The translations under genes were made by a program, and so were the position numbers. From the NCBI GenBank assembly GCA_964187785.1, contig OZ076409.1, positions 59,274,001-59,338,000 of the forward strand: a DNA stretch of 64,000 nucleotides, in the 5' to 3' direction. This DNA is from Amphiscolops sp. MND2022 (lineage: Eukaryota). The notes beneath the pieces are model-generated. The model had not been told where the DNA came from. It saw only the letters and a program-made list of their open reading frames with translations, and ran no database searches. Shown piece after piece: positions 48,984 to 64,000 of this stretch (positions are counted from its first letter, which is position 1; the number at the start of each line of letters is the position of its first letter).

Positions 48984-50852
48984 GTAATTCTCTTTTCACT
49001 TCATAATTTTCACCGGTGGCCTGTTTTGTAAAGCAGTAGGCCTGCCAAGATGTTCGAACCTTGCCTTCTGTTGATTTTTTCTTCAATTTATCAGATATGT
49101 AGAAATGACAGTTATACGTTTATTTGTGACATTTTTTGCATTAAAAATTACTGGCCATTGAATGGGATAATTTCCGACTATGAGTTCGAGCTTTTTCACA
49201 TCTCGTAAAATCACCCTCGTAAAAGAGGACTTTATTTCTAAGTGAAGGAGACTTCTATGTAAGCAAAAGTCCTTGTTTCTGCTTCAACATTCAAAGTCTT
49301 TTGATACAACTGAAAACAGCAGTGAATTGATTCAAATTTAATTCAATTTTTTTCTATCAATTTGTGCATGCGTTTTTGAAAATCTGTGCCCAGATTTTTT
49401 AGACATCAATTGGAACAATTTTCGCAGTCAAAAATGAAATAGGTTACAAATTTCTCTGAGGTTCAAGTTAAGCGTTCATTATTTCAAGAAGATTTCTTTT
49501 CTCTTATTTTGTCAACAAACACAAAGCCTGTGAAGTTATAAAAATCGGAAGCAACATTCTGGGAGTGTCAAATTTTCAAAGTTCGCATTTAACTTGAATC
49601 TATCATCAAATAATTTCTACTATAAACTCTAAAGGGAAGCTGATATGAATTCAGATAATCTGAAAGAAAGTTTTGGAGTCCTGATAGCTAGTTCTTTTGT
49701 GAATCGTCGGTTCAAAGAAACTAATTACTGCAGTATTGCGTCGCACTGATGCTTGAAAAGTTCGGAGAACGGGTATTAACAAGCCATAAAAGTTTTGAAA
49801 CAAGAAATGATTCGCAAATCAACCTGATATCAAAAGGAGTTTTTGAAATTGGAACTGTTCAGCTGAGTTCAACTAAGGCTTTGCATTCGTTTGTATATTT
49901 CGTATAAAGGCAAAGTTAAAGTTCCTTTTTTGAAATTGCCTTTCAAAGTTGTGCAATTTATGAAACATTGCAAGATGAGTTTGAAACATTGTCATTATAC
50001 AGTTGGCCTTTGAGTGATTATCAGCTAAAAGATTTTAAATAGAAATAAACGTTTTTGAAACACGGCCATTTTGCACGTTTTCTAACTTCATTTTTCCCAG
50101 CCTGTCACGTCGAGAAAAGGATACGAATTTTTGTTCCTTGGGATTGTGTTCATTAATTACATGATGCTGCGTGAAATACAATTAAAGGAGGAAAATTGTC
50201 ACAAAGGTCATATAAGTGTAAAATCGCTTAAGTGCGGATGATCTGATCGCATAACAGGTTTTTTCTTTGCCATTCCAAGTTCAACTCAAACAATTTTTCG
50301 TTCCATGAACTGATAGAATTTTGTAATGTTTCCTTTTTCTATGGCATGTTAAGCCTTTTCACCACGAATTACAGTGAATTATCGATTATCCAAGTGAACT
50401 CGACCGAGATATTTAGATAACTTTGGGCATTTGATCAATACGACTAGTGAGATACGAAGTAATTCCGTTTTGAGACCTTTGAAGTGACAAAATGCAAATA
50501 TGAGACAAACTACTGTTTGCAATATAGCTTTTTATGGCTGCCCGCTCTTTGAAAGTTCAAGTTCTTAGATGTTCGGCTTTTTCATTTTTGCTATGTTACC
50601 ATTTAAAATCACATCTTTTCATAGAAGTTAAAATGAAAATTTTTTTATTCAAAGGATTGACAGTGAAAACCAAGGTCCCGCGTAGTCTATAGTGGTGACA
50701 ATTCTGACCCCCTGTAATTGGGATTCTTCCTTCTGGTAGGATCTGATCTCGCCTGGCGATATCTCGATGTTTAAGAGTGGTGAATCTTTTGCCCCATTCA
50801 GTAAATACCCCACTACTAAGAACACCAGAGTTATAGCGATGTATTGCTTTAG

Positions 50853-51001
50853 GCTCAACAGAGTGGCGAAGCTTCTTCCAGTTTCTACACTGGGAAAGAC
50901 AACTACACCCAATTCAACAAGCCCAAGGAGAAAGTGACAGGGGTGAAAGCCGCCCTCAAGGGCCCTGTCAGGGCTCCCGATTTCCTGCGATCCACAACTA
51001 G
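50853..51001 (+). CDS. RNF113A: RNF113A/Cwc24 exon 3 (not in the ORF track)
   Basis: AQQSGEASSSFYTGKDNYTQFNKPKEKVTGVKAALKGPVRAPDFLRSTT(R) matches the conserved 'Y.G..NY...KGP.RAP..LR.T.R'. Acceptor tgctttAG; donor reads GAATGT. Confidence 0.9.
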
Positions 51002-51319
51002 GAATGTTTGAAATATTATCACTAAATTTTACCAAGCTCGGTTAGCGCTATCTATAGAAACCTCGAAAAATCATTGATTGCGTCATTGGAGCCGTGTTGA
51101 AAATGAGAAGTTGTTTAGCTGTGGGATTGGTCATTATAGACTATTCTATCTTGTTTTGCTTCAAATTGGTTCGGCTTCACTACTCATCACCCTTGTCATA
51201 CGGGTACATCCAAGTTTTCGTCGCCAGCGGCTTACAGATAGATGTTGACTTCAATTTTATGACAGTGATTTGCTTTATCAATTCTAAACGGGAAAAAACT
51301 TCCATGAGGAAAAATTTTG

Positions 51320-51770
51320 CTACAATTATGTAGAAACGTTTTTGATCAAATTCAAGAAAAAGATTGATGAACTATCTAGAAAAGTTTTCACTCCTTTCGG
51401 AAAATCAATACGGATTCAGGAAAAAGAAAAATTCTATCCAAGCAGCAACATCGCTAATAAAAAAATAGAAGAAAATTGGGAATCCAAAGCCAAAACAAAC
51501 TGCATTTTTGTCGACTTCAGGAAAGCATTTGACTCAGTTGATCATAATATCTTGTTAGAAAAGTTGTACCATATTGGTATTAGAGGGATTTCTCATAAGC
51601 TCTGGGAAAATTATCTGGCAAATAGATTTCAGTATGTTAAAATTGAAAATGAATGTTCGAAAATGAGATCAGTAGAACGTGGAGTGCCACAGGGATCTAT
51701 TCTTGGTCCACTTTTGTTTCTGGTATATATTAATGACCTTGGTGCAGATGATGAAATGGCCGTTCGTACT
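51320..51770 (+). mobile_element. LINE RT fragment in RNF113A intron 3
   Basis: 'NQYGFR', 'IFVDFRKAFDSVDHNILLEKL', 'GVPQGSILGPLLFLVYINDL'. Confidence 0.9.
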
Positions 51771-51905
51771 AAAATCTTTTTGATGTTATGTCAAATGTGA
51801 GTCAGCTCATATTGACGCGAGCGCATGCAAATAAAAATGAGATTGTCCTATATTCGAAGTTCTCAGAGCATCCTAGCAAGGGCGGCATGTGAATAAAATT
51901 GATAA

Positions 51906-52199
<294 letters not shown>

Positions 52200-53064
52200 T
52201 AAAGCGAGTTTTTTCTCAGGATATGCATTTGACAGAGAAGTCCCAGGAGCCTCTTAGATTTTGATTAGAATAGCAATGATATTTTTTGTTTTGAAATCCA
52301 GAGAAAATTAAAAATCACTGGGAACTACTGGTCAAAAAAACTTGACTCAATGTTTTCAGTAACCTTGACACCGTTCTCTAACCGTTACCTTCAACATTTT
52401 TTCTGAAAATATTTTTCTTGAAAATTGAACAGCCAAAAAGGGGCAATTCCGTCGAACGGAGTAAGAATTGGACAATTCGCATTTTTTGAGAGTTTAGCGG
52501 TGTATATTCTAAAGGTGGATATTTTTTGAAAAGGTCAAAGCTCAGAGATTTGAGTCAAAGATACAACGTTTGTCGCCGACATTTTTTGTTACGAACAACG
52601 AGTTTCGAGGTATTGCTTGATAAATTTGGGATAATTTACAAGTCAAAAGAGTTATAAGTTTTATCATTTTTGTTCAATTTGTAAACAAAAATACCCCTGT
52701 AATTCTGATCAAAATTTTTCAAAAATGCTCCTGGAAGTTTTTTGTCAATTGATGATTAAATTCAAGCACTTTATTTATAGATAGTTTTTTATAGATTCAA
52801 AATGCTTGAGGGTTAGCTGGGTTTTCGTTGTATAATCATATTTGAACCGGTCTCGGTAAAATTGCTCGGGGTTCTCAACATGGGCATACAGAATACCGGT
52901 TGATTAGCATGTTACCGAATTGCATCTGTTAATAGGTAGCATACGAAAAGTTTGGCTGCTCGTAGAATTTTTTGGGCCCAACGACTAAACTTAGCTGAAT
53001 TACACGCATGATTAAGTTTTTGTGACCCATTAAACAGCTATAGCTAGCAACCCTTTGTATCCAG

Positions 53065-53381
53065 GCGGCCACAGTCGCAACCCGACCACCGAAGACGTGA
53101 GTCAATACGAGATAGACTCGGACGACGAAGATTTGCCCTTCAAATGCTTAATCTGTCGGGAGTCTTTTGTGAATCCTGTCGTCACTAAATGCAAACACTA
53201 CTTCTGCGAGAAATGTGCTCTTGCCCATTGCAGAAAGAGTATGCGATGCTACGTTTGTGGTGTAGACACTAAAGGTATGTTTAACCCGGCTAAGGAGATA
53301 ATCAGTCGAATGAGTAAGGGCAACGAAAGCGAGACCGTGAAAAAAGAAGCTGGTTCTTCCGACGACGATGATGATGAATGA
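53065..53381 (+). CDS. RNF113A: RNF113A/Cwc24 exon 5 (RING finger, stop)
   Basis: [30 protein letters not shown]...CYVCG..T.G.FNPA. Phase-1 acceptor ccAG. Spliced CDS is 1032 nt (343 aa). Confidence 0.95.
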
Positions 53382-55399
53382 TGATTGATGGTGAATGACG
53401 TCACGAAAACCAAGCAATGTTGGATAAGCTAGCGTCAGGGTTTCAGTTTGGTTCGTTTCTGCCCCCTACCACCGAAATATCCCGTTTAAAAACTAAAGTT
53501 TTTCAACTGGGCTGATTGATGAGAAACTTTTTCTTTTTCGGGAATTTTACATTTAATATCATCTGAACTAGTGTTTCCAATTACGTGACTCAAACAATTG
53601 CTGTTCACTTCTTAATGGAGAATGCATGGTTCAATAGGAGCAATAGTGTGAACAAAAGTTATATCTGGACCCTATATTGTCACCTAGGAATTGATTTTAA
53701 TTCGAAGAATTTTGTGTTAGTAATTCTATGTTGATGTTTTCAATTTTTTCTTTTAAAAAATGGCGTTGCAGGAAAAGCAGAAACGAACGTTAAAATTTTG
53801 ACACAGTGGGTATGAAGATCTGTGATCTGAAATTGACGATGCTTTTCTCGAAACAGGACTTCAAAATGTCAATGCTTCTGGCTCAAGATAGAGATACAGA
53901 AGCACAAAGTTATTTCTTGGTTAATTGAATGCTGTGTATTTTGAGAAAACTCAGAGTTTGGCAACTCAGCAGTGTCTAAAAAGGATTTGATAATAGATAA
54001 CTTATGTTTTGACCATATTATTGATCCATAGTAGATTTGCTGATTTGTTTTTGATTCAATGGAATTCATTTTTATCATAACTTGTTTTGTAACGGATTTT
54101 GCATCAATGAAAGACATTAGAAAAATACTAAATCTTCGTATGGACTAAAGGATAATTGGGCTAATAAATCAAGAATTTTTGGCAAACTATAAACGAAAAA
54201 GTCAAGTTATAGAAATCTTCATTTTTTAAGTATGGATTTCTGCTTTTTGAATTTGGATATTTTTGCCTTTTCCGTATGTTTTGTTCAAATCGAACGACCA
54301 AATATGACTTGACAAAACATCAAAATAAGTCTCGAAACCAAGTGAGCAACTAAACCACGCAAAAAGACGAAGAAGACTTTAATTTGTCTTGTTTCATTGA
54401 TTAGACTGTTGAGGGTTCAGCCTTTTCTGAAAAAGTTACGGAGGTGTTTTCGGTAGCGAAAAATAGTTCCATGGAAGCCAAATACGAGATGGTTTCGGGT
54501 AATTGCCGAAGAAAATTTCTAGATGATTATGGTTTTTAGTAAAATACAAACTTTATTGACTTTAGATAAAGATGGTTATCTTTGGTTTCTTGGCCATGTG
54601 CAACTTTTCCGATATTCTTCACATTTCACTAATTAGTCCCCGTTCGATTTTTGATGATTTTTGTCAAGTAAAGCTGATTCCTTCCCACGTGGATGCGCAG
54701 CACCTCGTCCTAATTAAAAAAAAGGTAGGAGGGCTAAACAAAAAGTTGGGACTTCCGAGGTCTGATCAATCAATCTCCGTGTCCGAGCATCATGAGAAAC
54801 TCATTCCAAGTGGTCGTTTCTTGAATGACATTCTGCAGAACAGCGTCAACTAAGAGGAATTTCTCAAGTAGTTCATGAACAAATTCAACATAAACAGGGC
54901 AACGTGGTTTATATTAGGTTTTGTATGAACCCATCCAAAAACATTAGGCTTTACTTCCCTGAACCGTTTGTGCCAATTGAATTTTTTTCAAAAATAGGAC
55001 AACTTTATCCAATAGATTCGTTCGACGCAATACATCGAGAACAAGTTTTTGAATAAGGTTCAAGAGAAAAATAATTCACACTGAATTCAAGAGCTCCACT
55101 GAATCTGAAGGTACTCATTTTTCGCAAAAGATCAAAATCGAAGAATTTCTAAAATAATCGAATGTTGTGAAATAAGAGAAAGTAATTCAACAATGTATTG
55201 CTAGTCATATTTATCACATCAACATGTACACTGAGTATGCATATCATACAACACTGTGATGAAGAAATGGAACATAGGGCTGTGAAAAACACATGGGACT
55301 GAGTTAAAAACATTGAACTGAATAGCCACATAAAAATATTGAAATAATATCAAACTAGGTAAAAGACTGAAGCTTTTTATATCGGGTGAAACCTCCTCG

Positions 55400-56250
55400 G
55401 TTAATTATAGTAAGAATTCACCGATTTTTCATCGACTTGGAAAGATTTTGTACATATTTGTCAGGAATTGCGTAAAATTTTTCAAGAGCAAAAGCTTCCA
55501 AGTCCTCCCAAGTTTTGGGGTGTCTCTTCGCATCTCTGTGGAATAGACCACATATTTTTGAGAATATTTAGATCTGGCGAGTTTGAAGGCCAGTTTTCAA
55601 GAACGTCGACGCCGTTTTCGAGAAACCACGTGGAAGTTTCTGCCAATTTATGGGCTGGAGCATATAGGATACATATGAAGAAGCAAATGAGACGCCAAAA
55701 TGTTGGTGTAAACACGAGTTGACATGATTCTCCACTTTTATCAACTTTTTTACCAGATTCTTTGATAAAACCCCAAAAGATCTTTTTTTTCCACCGAGTT
55801 TAGCGTGTTGACCAACATATTTTTGCAGACTTCTACTCTGTTTGGGTAGACGGACAAAATTCTTCCGTTTTGGGAACAATTCGATCATTGTTTCGTCCGA
55901 GAGAAGCACATTTTTCTAAAAATGGTTGGATTTTTGTGACATACCCTTTGCCCAAACATATCGTTTAAGTCGATTTGCTTTGGAAAGATACTGTTTTGAA
56001 GTGCAAACTTTTGCATGTAATCCGTTTCTCAATTACAGCTTCCGGACGTAACTTGTGGAAATTTTTTCTGATAATTCTAGGGACGCCTAAAGTTGAGTAG
56101 AATTGAATTTTGGCTGGGCCAAACACTTTCTAATAATTAATATTGCTCAAACTTGTTCAATTTTTGAGGTCTTCCGGTTTTCGGTCAATTTTCAAGGGTT
56201 GTTGGGTCCTCCTTGTTGAATTGTTGTATTATGTTATATATGGTTGTTCT
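55400..56250 (-). mobile_element. Tc1/mariner transposase remnant
   Basis: 'LLSDETMIELF', 'APAH', 'WPSNSPDLNILKNMW'. Frameshifted; TIRs not identified. Confidence 0.85.
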
Positions 56251-59200
56251 TGGAATTTTCATAAATTTTGAGATAAAATTAATTGATTTTCTTTGTTGTA
56301 ATGAGAAGCAACAAGAAATCGTTGATTCACTGAGGTTTGAGGCATTTTGTTTACTAAATGATTATCAGGGTCAATCAAATCAAACAACGAGATGAGGCCT
56401 TAACAATTAAACCCTCTATACCTTGTTTATTTAGGCAATAGAGGAAAATTGGAAAGTGCCATTTCTTTATCACAGCCATATGTTCTATTTCTTTATAACA
56501 GCACTGTATAGCTAGAACAACAAAATAGCACGTTACAAAGCTTAGCACTAGACTAAACAATAGATTGACTATTGACTAATACATCATCTAAAAATTGTCG
56601 AAATTGGAAAACTATTCAGTCATGACCATTCATTCTGTGCCATCAGCTTTTGACAAAAAAATTTTAAAAATAAAACGCGGACATCGATGCCACTTGAACG
56701 CTTTTTCTCATAATCTGTTCCTTTTTTAATGTGAAAGTTTAATTATTTTCTATCAGTAGAATTTTTGGGAATTTTGATGTCCAAAAGAGCCTAGTACTCC
56801 TTCGAATGACCACCACGTATTTATATATTTAGTTTATTGGAAAAAAAACTTGAGAGTGGGAAAGAACAAAAATGCTTTTCAGGTCACATTTCAGTATTTT
56901 CTTCAATTGAAACGAAACATCGCGAGCGATGCCACAAATATTATGTTGCTTTTCTCTAAACTATGTGTGTAAAAATGACATGAACCTTAACTATCCTTTA
57001 CAAGTATCCTTTACAAGAAAAAAGCAGTACACTAGCTAGAAACGGAACAATCTAATTTTTGGACTGAAATTTCTCGAACTCGATCCTTCAAATCTGCAGA
57101 ATGAATGTTCTCCCAATTCAACTAGATTCCCAATTTGCCAATTTAAAGCAGGCATGAAAAAACTTACAGGCGTGGAAACATCATGACACTTGCGTGAAAA
57201 ACTGGATTCACATACATTCGTCTCATTTGCGACTCAAAATGACAACCAACAACATGACAATCAAAATATTTTAAAAGCATTTTGTTGCTTTTCAAGTAAA
57301 AAATCCACCCAATGAAAGTTTGAGTTTTACTCCGATGCTTGCCCAGTGGCGAAATTCTTGAAGTTGGAGGAACACTCACACGTGGAAAAAATCTCGAATT
57401 GTTCATCCAAAACTGTGCAAGTAGATTGGGAGGCAGTTGATGTGAAAATTGATGCTACTTGAAGTTTTTGTACGAGATTTCTACTTGAATGCCGTATTTT
57501 TGAAAATAGAATTTAAGCCAAAAAAAGATTTTTTACCGGTGAATTTAACAAATTTGGAACCTGGTAACTGCGAAACCTGATTGGAAACCGGCCTGTATCT
57601 GTAGTTATAAGGGACCTTACTCTAATGTAAGCGGAACTGTAGCTCATGTGGTGATATCACATCTGTCAACCTAGAAGTACGTGCCCCATGTGCAGGGCTA
57701 CTAACCCGAAAATTCCAGGGTACTCACAAATCCCGCCGGAGATAAAAGGCTGCGTACTAGTGTAGTTTGGAGTTAACCAATTCATCGTAGTTACCCGACG
57801 AAAACCTATCGAGAAAGCAATCAAGGCGTTGTATTAACTTGTAAAAAAGCTCCTTCGACTGTTAAAAGCAAAAAAACTTCCATGAAGCAAATCGGCCGAA
57901 GTAGTCACTTTAGTTTTTTGGAATAGGTTCACGGGTTACTGATCAACATGATGCAAACGCTAGAGTACTGCATTCCACCTCAACTTGCTATTAAGGCTAT
58001 CTAGCATATTCACCGTCTCACGGTTTTAAAAAAAACAGTCCCTAAATAGACCTAAGCGGGCTTTTATTTGATGTATATGTCAATCGGAAATAGAGTGAAC
58101 TTACCAACTGTAGATTTATTGTGACGGTGGCCGTTGTTGAGACTTTTAAACCCAACGTCGACGTTGCTTTCTCGCTAGAGCCCTTAAAAATGTTCAATCG
58201 TTAAGTCACGGCCACAACCCAATGCTAGCAGGTCACAAACGGCGCTAAAATCATTTGAAGAAATCATTGTTTCGGTTCCACGTGGGACATTTTGGAGTCG
58301 TCTACTATTTTGCGTAAAATTATTTGTCTTAGGCTAACCGTGAAAAAAGGAGATCCTTTGCGAATTGAGCAAAATCAACCGACCAACCATTCTCCTAGAG
58401 GAAAAAAGATTCAATTAGAGGAAAGAAAAGCCTTTAGTAGTAAAGCTAATAACTTAAACCTGTAAAAAGACCAAGGGAACGAAAGTAAATTTCTCCGTGT
58501 TTACTCCTATTGTTCCTCTTTTCTGGTAATCTGCACTTTTTCATATGAGTTTCGGTTCAAAAGTTGTCCATGTTATTACTCCAATTGCCTTATTTTTGAT
58601 CATTTGTCAGTTTGGTAAGTAGAAATCATTTTCTGATAGGTTTCCTGATTTGAGTTGTCTAACGCATACGAAGCTTTCTGTTACAGTTAGTTTAATTTGT
58701 CAAGCACATAAATAATAGCTATATCTCGACGTTCTTCCTGGTATAGGTTTGAGTTTTTATTTAAACACATATTCAATTTGCCCTTATTGGGAACGCCTTT
58801 TTATTGAAATTTTGTTAGTTGTACTTTCAGCCTCAGAATTTCCTACAAATTGAAGTTTAACTCTTTTACCCATTACCCATTTCACAGCTTAATGTATTTT
58901 GAACCATCGTTTCAGACCAACATATAATTGTGAGTGCCTCCAATGAAAACCTTCTGATGAAAGTTTGACGAACATTTTAGAAAGTGTTTGGTTTCGTATC
59001 GTTCAAATACCCTTACATGACAAACCGTAGGTTTACACGATGTAAACATTTAGACCAGTTTCACTATTATCATTTTCCCGACCCTGTTCGACTTTTGGTC
59101 CACCCTATGGATAGTTTATTATCCTAAATCACGTAGATACTCACAGAATCCGTAACTTTTTTGGCACTGAAGCATTCTTTTTCTCAATCAACAATTTGCC

Positions 59201-61716
59201 GTTTAATTAACTCCCGTATCTGAAAATGGCCTTTAAAGGCAACAAATTTCCGGCAAGATTTAAACAGAATAGGCGGAAAATTTCACGGGATAAAGTAGGC
59301 GTCTTATTTTATACCTTGAGGCTTGCTAGGTCTGCGTTTTCGAAGCATGAAGTTATTATATAATAAGAACAATTCATTTGGCTCTGAAATATTCCTGACA
59401 CCTTATATTTCACGTACGCAGCAGTATTAAAACTAAGAAGCGTTTGCCCTGGAGAATTGAATTGGTGTGTCATTGATCTCTTCTGAACCCGGTCAAACAT
59501 CCACTTGCGGTAATTGATTTTATGCTCCCAGTGACAGAAGGAACTTTTTAGGTGAATTAACCTACTGAGATCTATGGAGTCATTCTCAGACAGGTGACAG
59601 CAAGGTGTTTTTTGCAAAAGTTTTGTATGGAAGAAGAAAAAGTTGAATTATTCATCCCACGTCCACTAGGGACATATGAAAAACACAATAATTGTATGCT
59701 GATGGATTATTCTGAAAGTCCCTAAAGCAATTGAGTAGCAATTTTGTGTAGCTTGTTTGAATTCGCAATCGAAAGTATCGCCCAACATCAAAAGTCAGTT
59801 GCAATAAAAAAGGACAAAAAATTAATGCATTTAGGTCGGTAAAATGATCAATATAGACTACCTACCTACTACAATACTACAATTTAGATGCATGCTTAAG
59901 AACGTAATAGCGGTGGCTCCATCTTCTCAATTTCTATTTTGGTCGCAGAAACATTTTTGTCCCGAAGTCTCAAGTTTGTCAAATCCCGAAGTTCAGAAGA
60001 AAGAATTTTATATGATCATTTGAGTTCGAGTTAGCTCTGATAGGACTTTTGTGATCAAACGACATTACTTTTTATCTACTTTAGTGACATTGTATCTCAC
60101 TATATTCACTGCAAACTATTTTTTGAATTTTGATTTATCAAAGTATTTTGAAATAGAAAGTGGCGGGGTTAAAATGTTGACCAATCACATCCTGGGAAAA
60201 AAACGTTTTGAAAAAAAATTTGAGTGAAAGTATTCGTGTCAAACTGCAAAAGTACCGTGATACTTTTTGGAAAAAACTTCTACAAAGAAGTATCCAATTT
60301 CATGAAATTAAAAAACTTTTCTAGGTAACATTTTTCACAAATGCTACTGGGGCAATCAATTGGTATGGTCGGCTGAATCTGACAGATTGATAGCGAGTCC
60401 GAAATGTTTGAGCGTCTTTGAAAAAAATTAACTCTTTCACTTTATGCCTATATCTTTATCTTCTTTCTAGCATGAATTTTACTGACTGTTGGCGCCAGTC
60501 ATCACCAGCCAAGAAAATCGAGCTGGTTGAAAAACAAGACTTGAACTCTTAGAAAACTTAAAAGAAAATTCTCAAGCAAACCCAGGGGGACCAACCCTCA
60601 AACCCCCTCAAATGGATTTTCTCGACAAGTGTTAACCATTGAGACTTGAAACTTAACACATGAAAGCATGGCACCTATCACGATCAACCCGGCTAAGTTT
60701 CAAGGTCATCCGCCTTTTATAACCACCTTTACCCCTCACAAGTGTGGTGTTCAAGGTCATTGAGTCAAATTGTAAACATTGTTGTTTACCCGTATAACCT
60801 TCTTAGAATGTAACTTTGTTGAAATTGGAGATATTTCTACTGTGCAAACACATTTTCGAGCCCACCCAATAACCATGCCAAATCCACCACATGTTGGTTT
60901 ACATCGTAAATAACTTCAAATCATACTTTAAATGTCATATTTTTATACAGCATTTTTCCACTTTTATTTACTGAAGAATTGAAAACCAGATTTATACCAA
61001 TACTAGATATTAACGACTAAACAGCTATAGTCAAGTTGGGTCTCAGGACCACGAGACTGAATAACTTTCGATATCTTTACACATTTTCGCTAGAGTCAGA
61101 GCGAGCAAGTAGCTACTCTCAATGTTGGAGAGTCGATGCGCGTGAAGATACAGAGTGGGAACTTGGTGACGGATCTCACAAAATCAATCGTAGTGTAAAG
61201 TGGGATAGCAGTAGATCCCAGGGGTCACATCGGACCCACCAGCTAAAAGATACAGTCCTTTACAAACAAGACAACCAGGATTGTTTATTAATGGTCCACA
61301 GTTCTAATCAATGGATTACGGCGCTAGCTTGAGCAAGCAGCCGTTACACTGAACACTACCCAAATCGATCCTAGCGCATTTATCACAAAACAGACGAGAC
61401 AGTTATACCCGTACCTCTCCCTGACCTTCCAGGGCAATCCACGAATGGCCCAACCATGCACCATAAATGACGGCGGTGAAAACAAAACGGCCCCTTCCAA
61501 AACTTGCTCACCTGTTTCCTTCAGTGGAGAATTTTTGAATGGAGACGTTTTGTTTGAATTTGAGAGCTACATTTTAAAGCTGAAATAAAGTACACTTAGG
61601 ATTTTAAATCTATATAATTTGTTATCAGGTATGTTAATTGTCATATAGCCTTTAAGGACGCACATAGCTATTGCGTATCTTGAAGCCACCATGTGGGCAG
61701 TGATGCAGAGCAAACA

Positions 61717-62853
61717 CAGTCCTGTGATAAAAAACGAACTTTTGATTGCTACAACATACTGGAACAGTGAAAAATTTGAAGTTAGGATTCTTTATTAAAT
61801 GCCTGGGTGTCTGACAAAAATGCATCTAAGTAAACAAACCAAAACTACACCAGTTTGTTAATTTAACACATTTATTAGTTAATCATTGACGAAAGATGCA
61901 CTGACATGACATTGAATCCAAACAACAAATTGTTAGACGACACAACAAAAGAAGTGTTTCTTCGAAATTTCCGCTACTGTTTCAATGCCATTAATCATTT
62001 CAAGTCCTGGAAGCCATCTTTGAAACGAAAACAAAACCCGGCAGACCAAAATGTTGGTAAAAAGGAAGAGAAAATACTGACTACGTTATTCATGAACCAT
62101 TCAAAGAAGTCTTTAACGGAACTTTTACGACATCTTAAGCCAGAAAACATTTGTTACACTAACCCAGTGCTAAAAATACGGCTGAAAAATAGCCTTTAAG
62201 CAAGAGTAGCGTTTAGGAAACTGTTTTTGACCCGACGGCATCGACTTCTTTGGAAAAAATTGGCATCGGATATCGTCCTAAAACCGACAACTTCTTGGAA
62301 AACATCAATTTTTCAGTTGAAACATCTAATGGCAGAAAAGGACTGGCAAAAGTGTCGAAAACATTAGTGCCCTCTGTTACTTTTTTCTTACAAGGTGTTT
62401 TTCTTCCCAACATCTTCCTTGGCAAAATATTCCAACAAGACGATGCTCCTGCCCATACAGCCACGTTAACAAAAACAATGATGTTCGAAATTGATGTAGA
62501 AAATTGGGCGGCTGTGTCTTCAGACCGCAATATTATTGAGCATTTATGGAGTTTTATGAAACAAAAAATCTCTAAAACGAAGCCGAGTACTGTGGACGTA
62601 CTTTGGTGCTCTTGCAAAGAAAAATTTCGGGAACTTCTGCAAGATTTCATTGAAATTCTTCATGGGTCTATTCCCAGAAGACTAAATTAAGTATTACGCA
62701 GAAAAGGTAAGAACAATGAATAATTGACGACTTCTTGATGTTATATTTGTAACATGTTGTGGTTTTGTTAGTTGTTGATTACATATTTCAAAAGTTTTCT
62801 GTCTTTCCAAATTTTTTCCTAACTAGGAGTTCTATTCTTCTATCACAGGACTG
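61717..62853 (+). mobile_element. Tc1-family DNA transposon with TIRs and a decayed transposase
   Basis: Left CAGTCCTGTGATAAAAAACGAACT; right end AGTTCTATTCTTCTATCACAGGACTG followed by TA. 'FQQDDAPAHT...SDRNIIEHLW' DD34E-type motif. Confidence 0.85.
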
Positions 62854-64000
62854 TATAGAACAGTCAAAACAAACTAAATACCAGCGAAAACGACCGGAAT
62901 GTAAAACCCGCCTCATGTTTCCAAAGTTATCAGAGAAAATATACCGGTGCTCAGCAACCGTCTAATTCTGATGTCTTATGTATAGAATACAAGAAAATTG
63001 AGATGATAAAAAAGTACAGTGCGTAACCAGTACAATTAAACAAAAACGTCTTGGGTAAACGCATGCATAAAATGTCAAGAAAATAGTCTACGGTTTTTTA
63101 CCATCATTCATCTCTCAAGAACTCTTTAACTCTTTTTAACATCGTTTATGAACCTGTGCAAAAGTTTGAACTTTTAAGTGACACTTTTCCAAAATAGGTC
63201 AATTTGGCGCCACAAACGATCAAAAATTGGTTTTTCTAGTCGATGAAAGAATAAAAACTGAGATTGAATCATAGAAGAGCATTACTGCTAATTGGAACTA
63301 GATAGTAATTATCGTTTTAAATGGTAGTTCTGTCTTGAGAACTGTTCGATTGAAAACCATTGAAATCACCAGTTTGAACTCTAGCATTTTCGTCGCCAGA
63401 ACTACCGTCATTGGTATTTACCTTCTTATAAAGTTTGTTGCACTCAGCTTACCTATTAAAAGTCGTAGTTGAAATCTTTGAAACGGTTCAGGTAGAATTT
63501 TCCATATTTGACAACGTAAAGTTTCACGTTGTCGCTTTCAGGAAAAACATCTGTTTCGAAGACATCAGACAGATTTGGCCGAAGTGGCAATTTGAACTTC
63601 AATCAATAAATTGTCATACAAATTCCAAGTTGTTCAGCAAAAGCAGCTTGAAAAGTGTTGCGCACTTTTTGAATGACGGCTCATTTCAGACTCACACTTC
63701 GTTTTGTTACGCAATTTGATGTTTTGTTCACTTATGTTTGGTTCTTGAGAAAGTAAATTGAAACTTGTTTTTAAAATAAATAATTATATAATCCAAAAAA
63801 TAAATAATTAGTAAAACGTAATTTTTAAAATAATGTTTATTTGGATAATCAATACGGTAAACTTTAGTAAATGTAGTTTATTTTGTTAGATTTTCAATAA
63901 ATACGACTATCTTTTTGGGATGTGGTAATACGACGAAATTTCTCACGGCGAAAATTCGTTCGACAAAATTAACGCCCTCCATCAATTTCCACCTTTCAAT

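Noticed and set aside
50649..51035. 128-aa minus-strand ORF
   Set aside because: Antisense shadow of RNF113A exon 3.

Overview
AT-rich, repeat-dense animal (eukaryotic) genomic DNA; the lineage cannot be fixed from the window. Two host genes lie on the + strand: a two-exon WDR97-like WD40 gene (20713-25473) and a five-exon RNF113A/Cwc24 spliceosomal gene (39158-53381) whose third intron appears to begin with GA instead of GT. Most of the rest is transposon-derived: a decayed BEL/Pao LTR retrotransposon (5374-12963, minus) with a tRNA-like Pol III cassette in its LTR and an extra SGNH-like ORF remnant upstream of gag; two families of non-autonomous Helentron/DINE-1-like elements with internal tandem repeats and tRNA-like cassettes; CRE-like and CR1/L2-like LINE fragments; hAT and Tc1 remnants; a 929-bp tandem duplication; and several long hairpins. 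All family assignments come from motifs recognised by eye; no database searches were run.
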